The notes under the pieces were generated by a model that was not told the DNA's origin, searched no databases, and saw only the letters and a list, made by a program, of their open reading frames with translations. The position numbers were made by a program, and so were the translations under genes. A stretch of 64,000 bases of DNA from Minisyncoccia bacterium (lineage in GTDB: Bacteria > Patescibacteriota > Minisyncoccia > Phycocordibacterales > UBA6065): positions 80,701 through 144,700 of the forward strand of contig JBIIJY010000001.1 in NCBI GenBank assembly GCA_044233485.1. Direction: 5' to 3'. Positions 55,326 to 64,000 of the stretch are shown here, in pieces. Numbering within the stretch: the first letter of the stretch is position 1; each line of letters begins with the position of its first letter.

Positions 55326-57062
55326 CTACTTCGGTATGCGTGACAATAGACTGAATAATTCTTTAACCTTACCGATATCCCCTCTTTTTTCTGCTTCCTG
55401 TATTTCTTTAAGGAGACGAGAACGTGTCACCTTCTGAGAAATTCGTGCAAACATCTGATAGGCCTCTTCGTAGAGTGTGGGAACTTTTGTTTCATCTTGT
55501 ATCTCTGACTCTATTTTAAACAACTCTTGATCTTTCAAGACACGAGCATCTGCCCAGGCTTCTGACTGGTCCGGGTAAAGCTCATTTACTTTTGTCTCAT
55601 AGGTTGCTTTGAGTGGAGCAAGAGCTGGTCGAGATTCCACATATGCGCCATACGCGAGAACTCGCGCGAGAGCACTCGTGAGAGTTTCTTGAGGAATTCG
55701 CGCAGAGTACTCACGTGTCAGTGGCTTCTCATCACGGACAACAACACGCTCGAGATCCTTAAGTAGTGCCTCGCTCGGGAGACCAAGCTCTTGCGCTGCT
55801 CGCTTAGCAAGACTTGCCCGCTCTACCGCAGAAGGAACACGAGCAAGGACCGGCAGAAGTTTCGTCGCTACGGCCTTAGGTATATCTTTTTCCTGTAGTG
55901 TTGAGTGCATCTGTGCAGCGATATGCAATATGACATGCACCGGCACAGAAAGAGCTTGCACCCACGCATGAGGATTTTCCTTTATCGTATCAGCTGGATC
56001 CTTGCCCAGTGGCGCGCGAACTACTGACACATCAAAGCCAAGCGCCAGAGCAATCGAAGCGGTGCGTAGTGTGGCATTTTCTCCAGCACTATCACCATCG
56101 AGAGCCAGGGTAATGTTTGAAGTGAGTCGTTTGAGCACACCGAGATTTGTCGCGATCACTCGCACCGAGCCTGAATGCTCCTCGCGCGTCCGCACTAGGT
56201 CTCCGGTAAACGCTGTGCCCGAAATAGCGACAGTGTTTGTCACTCCGGCTTGATGCGACATGAGCGCGTCCATTTGCCCTTCAACGAGAACTACTCGATC
56301 TCTTTCTCGAATCGCCTGCTTTGCCTTGTCTATCGCAAACAAAACAGATGACTTATTGTAGAGCTCAGTGTCTGGAGAGTTAAGATACTTTGGCGCCTTA
56401 GGATCTTCTTCAAGAATTCTGCCGGTGAACGCAATGACGCGACCAGCAATATCCATAATTGGAAACATGAGACGCCCACGGAAGACATCATACACACTCT
56501 CAAGCTGCGCTGCCTGACTTGGATCTTTTTGCTTAACGAGACCCGCCCGGAGCATTTCATCGACCGTCCAACCTTTCTGATACAGTGCATGAGCGAGGTT
56601 GCGCCAACCAGACTTCGCCACACCGACACGGAATCGAGTCAAAGTCTCTTGTGTAAGTCCACGAGAGAGAGCGTACTGATGAGCTCGCGTATCTCGTATA
56701 AGTTCTTCTTCAAAATAGACACAGGCTTCTTCGAGAATTTTGTAGAGTCTATTTTCCGCCTCAACTATTTTACTGTCACGCTTTTCGAGCTCAACACCAG
56801 CTCGACGAGCGAGCTCTTTAAGAGCGCCCGGAAAATCGAGACCTTCATACTCTTCAACGAAACTAAAGATATCTCCCTTGGCTCCACATCCAAAACAGTA
56901 GAACGAATTTCGGCTCGGTGAGACGTAGAACGAGGGTGTTTTTTCGTTATGAAAAGGACAGTGCGCTTTGAAATTGGCGCCGGACTTTTCTAACGTTATA
57001 TACGACCCTACGACATCCACAATCGAGAGTCGGTTTTTAATTACCTCGACCGGACCGGACAT
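55326..57062 (-). CDS. dnaG: DNA primase
   Basis: 578 aa; Zn ribbon CPFHNEKTPSF...CFGCG, Toprim EGQMD. Confidence 0.95.
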   Translation of the reverse strand: MSGPVEVIKNRLSIVDVVGSYITLEKSGANFKAHCPFHNEKTPSFYVSPSRNSFYCFGCGAKGDIFSFVEEYEGLDFPGALKELARRAGVELEKRDSKIVEAENRLYKILEEACVYFEEELIRDTRAHQYALSRGLTQETLTRFRVGVAKSGWRNLAHALYQKGWTVDEMLRAGLVKQKDPSQAAQLESVYDVFRGRLMFPIMDIAGRVIAFTGRILEEDPKAPKYLNSPDTELYNKSSVLFAIDKAKQAIRERDRVVLVEGQMDALMSHQAGVTNTVAISGTAFTGDLVRTREEHSGSVRVIATNLGVLKRLTSNITLALDGDSAGENATLRTASIALALGFDVSVVRAPLGKDPADTIKENPHAWVQALSVPVHVILHIAAQMHSTLQEKDIPKAVATKLLPVLARVPSAVERASLAKRAAQELGLPSEALLKDLERVVVRDEKPLTREYSARIPQETLTSALARVLAYGAYVESRPALAPLKATYETKVNELYPDQSEAWADARVLKDQELFKIESEIQDETKVPTLYEEAYQMFARISQKVTRSRLLKEIQEAEKRGDIGKVKELFSLLSRIPK

Positions 57063-57079
57063 ATTTTGTGATGGGTGCT

Positions 57080-60784
<3,705 letters not shown>

Positions 60785-60790
60785 GGTTTT

Positions 60791-63700
60791 TTATTTAGTT
60801 TCTGACACTACTTCACTATCCTCGCCGCCAGAGAGCTCAACATCGAGAGCAAGACCTCGAAGACTGTTGACGAGCACTGAGAATGAGGCTGGTGTATTTG
60901 GCTGTGAAAGCGGTTCTCCACGAACAATCGCGTCGAAAGCCTGTGAACGACCGACAATATCGTCGGACTTAATCGTCAACACTTCACGAAGTGTATAGGC
61001 CGCTCCGTGACCCAAGAGTGCCCACACTTCCATTTCTCCGAATCGCTGACCACCGTTTTGTGCCTTACCACCGAGAGGCTGCTGAGTAATCATTGAGTAT
61101 GGACCGATAGATCGCATGTGGATCTTGTCTTCCACCATGTGGTGCAGTTTCAAGATATACATGTATCCGATCGCGACTGGCTGCTTGAATTTCTCACCAG
61201 TTCGTCCATCAAAGAGTTCAACTTTTCCTGATTCGTTGAATCCAGCTTCGACAAGCTCTTTCTTAATTTCAGTATCTGTCGCTCCCATGAATGGAGGAAT
61301 GATTGCCTGATAGTTGAGCGTATGTGCCGCAAGACCCAAGTGAAGTTCAAGAATCTGACCAAGGTTCATACGACTAGGCACACCAAGCGGCGTCAAAATC
61401 ATATCAACTGGAGATCCATCAGCCATGTGTGGCATATCTTCTTCTGGGAGTACTCGTGAGATAACACCTTTGTTTCCGTGTCGTCCCGCAAGCTTGTCAC
61501 CCACTGAGATCGCTCGAAGCTCTGCAACCTCGATGTGAATTCGCTTGATAATACCTGATTCAAGCTTATCTCCACGTTCTCGTGAGAATATCTTTACGCC
61601 GATCACACGTCCTCGCTTGCCACCTTCCATTCGCTTTGACGTATCTTTTACATCACGAGCCTTCTCTCCAAAGATTGATCGGAGGAGTCGCTCTTCTGGA
61701 GTGAGTTGAGTCTCACCCTTTGGAGTGATTTTACCAACGAGAATATCTCCTGCTCGTACTTCAGCTCCGATTCGCACGACACCGTCAGCGTCGAGGTTTC
61801 GAAGTTTATACTCACCGACGTTTGGAATATCACAGGTGGTTACTTCAGGGCCAAGTTTTGTATCACGGACATTGACCACGAACTCTTCAATATGAATCGA
61901 AGTGAATTTACTTTCTTTGACGAGCTTCTCTGAAAGAATGATCGCATCTTCGTAGTTTGATCCAGACCATGTCATGAAAGCGATTCGGATATTTTGTCCG
62001 AGTGCCATCTGACCATTGTCAGTAGATGAAGCATCGGCCAAGAGATCTCCCTTTGAAACCTTGTCACCAACATTGACTACTGGTCGATGATGGAATGAAG
62101 TTGCACCGTTTGTTCGTTCAAAGTTCGAAAGAATGAATTCAAACTCCTTACCCTTTGCATTCTTGAGAGTAATCGCTCGGGCATCAACACGTGCAATAAC
62201 ACCATCTTCTGGAGCGAGAATGAGACGACCTGAGTCTCGAGCAGCCTTCTCTTCGATACCGGTCGCTACGAGTGGTGCTTCTGGGATAATACAAGGCACC
62301 GCTTGTTTCTGCATGTTCGATCCCATGAGCGCTCGGTTTGCCTCATCGTGGTTGAGGAACGGAATCATGTTTGTCGCAATCGAGAATGCCTGAGATGTTG
62401 CAACATCGATGTAATCAACCTCTGATCGCTTACATACCGCTGGCTCTCCATGAAGTCGTACCTCTACTTCATCGTTGGTAATTTTTCCACTCGCTTCTAC
62501 TGGAGTAGCCGCGTGTGCAATTCGAGCATTTTCTTCTTCAAGGGCGTTGAGATAGACAATCTCTTCAGTCACTTTACCACCCTTTACTACCGCATACGGA
62601 GTCTCAATCATTCCGAAGTTATTGATCTTTGCATACGTTGAGAGACGCAAAATAAGACCGATGTTTGGACCTTCGGGAGTATGAATCGGACACAAACGTC
62701 CGTAGTGAGATGGATGAACGTCACGCACTTCAATACCAGCTCGATCTCGTGAGAGACCACCTGGACCGAGAGCTGAGAGTGTTCGGAGATGCTCGATTTC
62801 AGTGAGGATATTTTCCTGCTGCATGAACTGAGAAAGCTGGTTTGTCGTGAAGAACTCCTTGAGTCGTGCCTGGAGTGGTCGAGGAGAAATGAATTGCATT
62901 GGCATCGTGATGTCTGGCTCACTTGTCGACATACGATCCATAACGTTTCGCTTGATCTGCATGAGACCAATACGAAGTTTTGCCTGCATGAGCTCACCGA
63001 CATATCGAACACGTCGTGAACCGAGGTGGTCGATATCATCGTGCTCAGCGTCAGGGTTGTTGTTCAAGAATGAAATATGCGAAACGATCGAAGCAACATC
63101 GTCTGCAGAAATAGTCATTCGAGCAAGCTCCTTATCTGTCATTGGTTTTCCGAAACGATTGTTGAATCGGAAACGCCCTACCTTCGAGAGATCATAACGA
63201 TCACTTGAGAACAAGCCACTGACGAATTCACGAGCATTGTCAGCAGAAGCGAGATCACCATCTCGAAGCTTCTTATAGATTTCGACATACGCCTCTTCAA
63301 CAGTCTTTACACTGTCTTTCGCAAGAGTAAGCTCAATGACACGTCGAGCTGATTCATTACCCTCAAAGAGTTTGAGGATCTCTGCATCAGTCTTTGCACC
63401 AAGCACACGGAGAAGTGTGGTGACTGGAAACTTTCGCTTTTTATCAATACGAACAAAGATAGTCTTATCTATATCATTATCGATTTCTGTCCACACACCT
63501 CGAGCAGGGATGATTTTTGCACCGAATACTCGAATGCCTTTTACATCATTTTCAGTAAAGAAGACACCGAATGATCGTGCGAGCTGTGGAACGATAACAC
63601 GTTCAATACCGTTAATGATGAATGTCCCCTGTGGAGTCATCATCGGGAAGTCTGCCAAAAAGAGTTCTTGCTCTTTATAGGTACCGAGAGCCTTATTTTT

Positions 63701-63973
63701 AAGAGCTACTCGTACTTTGAGCGGAGCCTCAAAGTTTGTCTTATTAATCTTTGCGTGACGAATATCGTACTTTGGCTCAGCTAATTCAAACCCCACAAAT
63801 GAGAGTTCGAATTTTTTCTCTGAATAGTCCTTGATTGATTGAAACTCTGAGAAGAGCTCTTTCAATCCTTTCTCTGTGAGCCATACAAATGAATCTCGCT
63901 GTGCCTGTGTCAGGTCAGGGATATCCATCAATGGCTTTTTATACTTTCCGAAAAACTTTTGCTTCAGTTTCAT
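60791..63973 (-). CDS. rpoB: DNA-directed RNA polymerase subunit beta
   Basis: 1060 aa; canonical beta-subunit conserved regions, 6 nt upstream of rpoC. Confidence 0.97.
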   Translation of the reverse strand: MKLKQKFFGKYKKPLMDIPDLTQAQRDSFVWLTEKGLKELFSEFQSIKDYSEKKFELSFVGFELAEPKYDIRHAKINKTNFEAPLKVRVALKNKALGTYKEQELFLADFPMMTPQGTFIINGIERVIVPQLARSFGVFFTENDVKGIRVFGAKIIPARGVWTEIDNDIDKTIFVRIDKKRKFPVTTLLRVLGAKTDAEILKLFEGNESARRVIELTLAKDSVKTVEEAYVEIYKKLRDGDLASADNAREFVSGLFSSDRYDLSKVGRFRFNNRFGKPMTDKELARMTISADDVASIVSHISFLNNNPDAEHDDIDHLGSRRVRYVGELMQAKLRIGLMQIKRNVMDRMSTSEPDITMPMQFISPRPLQARLKEFFTTNQLSQFMQQENILTEIEHLRTLSALGPGGLSRDRAGIEVRDVHPSHYGRLCPIHTPEGPNIGLILRLSTYAKINNFGMIETPYAVVKGGKVTEEIVYLNALEEENARIAHAATPVEASGKITNDEVEVRLHGEPAVCKRSEVDYIDVATSQAFSIATNMIPFLNHDEANRALMGSNMQKQAVPCIIPEAPLVATGIEEKAARDSGRLILAPEDGVIARVDARAITLKNAKGKEFEFILSNFERTNGATSFHHRPVVNVGDKVSKGDLLADASSTDNGQMALGQNIRIAFMTWSGSNYEDAIILSEKLVKESKFTSIHIEEFVVNVRDTKLGPEVTTCDIPNVGEYKLRNLDADGVVRIGAEVRAGDILVGKITPKGETQLTPEERLLRSIFGEKARDVKDTSKRMEGGKRGRVIGVKIFSRERGDKLESGIIKRIHIEVAELRAISVGDKLAGRHGNKGVISRVLPEEDMPHMADGSPVDMILTPLGVPSRMNLGQILELHLGLAAHTLNYQAIIPPFMGATDTEIKKELVEAGFNESGKVELFDGRTGEKFKQPVAIGYMYILKLHHMVEDKIHMRSIGPYSMITQQPLGGKAQNGGQRFGEMEVWALLGHGAAYTLREVLTIKSDDIVGRSQAFDAIVRGEPLSQPNTPASFSVLVNSLRGLALDVELSGGEDSEVVSETK

Positions 63974-64000
63974 GTGTGTCAGTAATTACTTCTTGTGTAT

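Overview
This 64 kb window reads as a compact, gene-dense bacterial segment of about 48-50% GC. SD-like RBSs were found at only a few of the starts I checked (e.g. 29213). I would guess a small-genome uncultivated lineage such as CPR/Patescibacteria, but that is low-confidence inference. Most of the window is housekeeping: a uvrC(partial)-uvrA-uvrB cluster at the 5' end, then tgt, dnaX, dus, ftsQ-like, serS, dprA, topA, def-fmt, typA, valS, hisS and truB. The 3' end carries a contiguous rpoD-dnaG-rpoC-rpoB block on the minus strand. I call three tRNAs: Gln-CTG (plus), Phe-GAA (minus) and Arg-CCT (minus). There are many perfect hairpin terminators. The region that stands out is an accessory patch at about 12.2-18.2 kb. 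Here small hypothetical genes are flanked by three different families of direct repeats. tRNA-Gln is followed by two partial copies of its own 3' end, which is the signature of attL/attR; no integrase is present. The patch includes an AT-rich foreign-looking 216 aa gene. It also holds a P-loop kinase next to a small Tpt1/ART-like (LYHGS) protein, and a divergent S-adenosylhomocysteine-hydrolase-fold gene whose last codons and terminator are duplicated about 1.2 kb away. Elsewhere, a GC-rich 255 aa gene is bracketed by a perfect 32 bp hairpin repeat, and tRNA-Phe shows a second 3'-end duplication. A membrane-anchored bPH/AlbA_2 (Schlafen-like) protein, a valS leader with an intrinsic terminator, and a recurring AT-rich divergent-promoter motif are also present. 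I found no CRISPR array, transposase or integrase.
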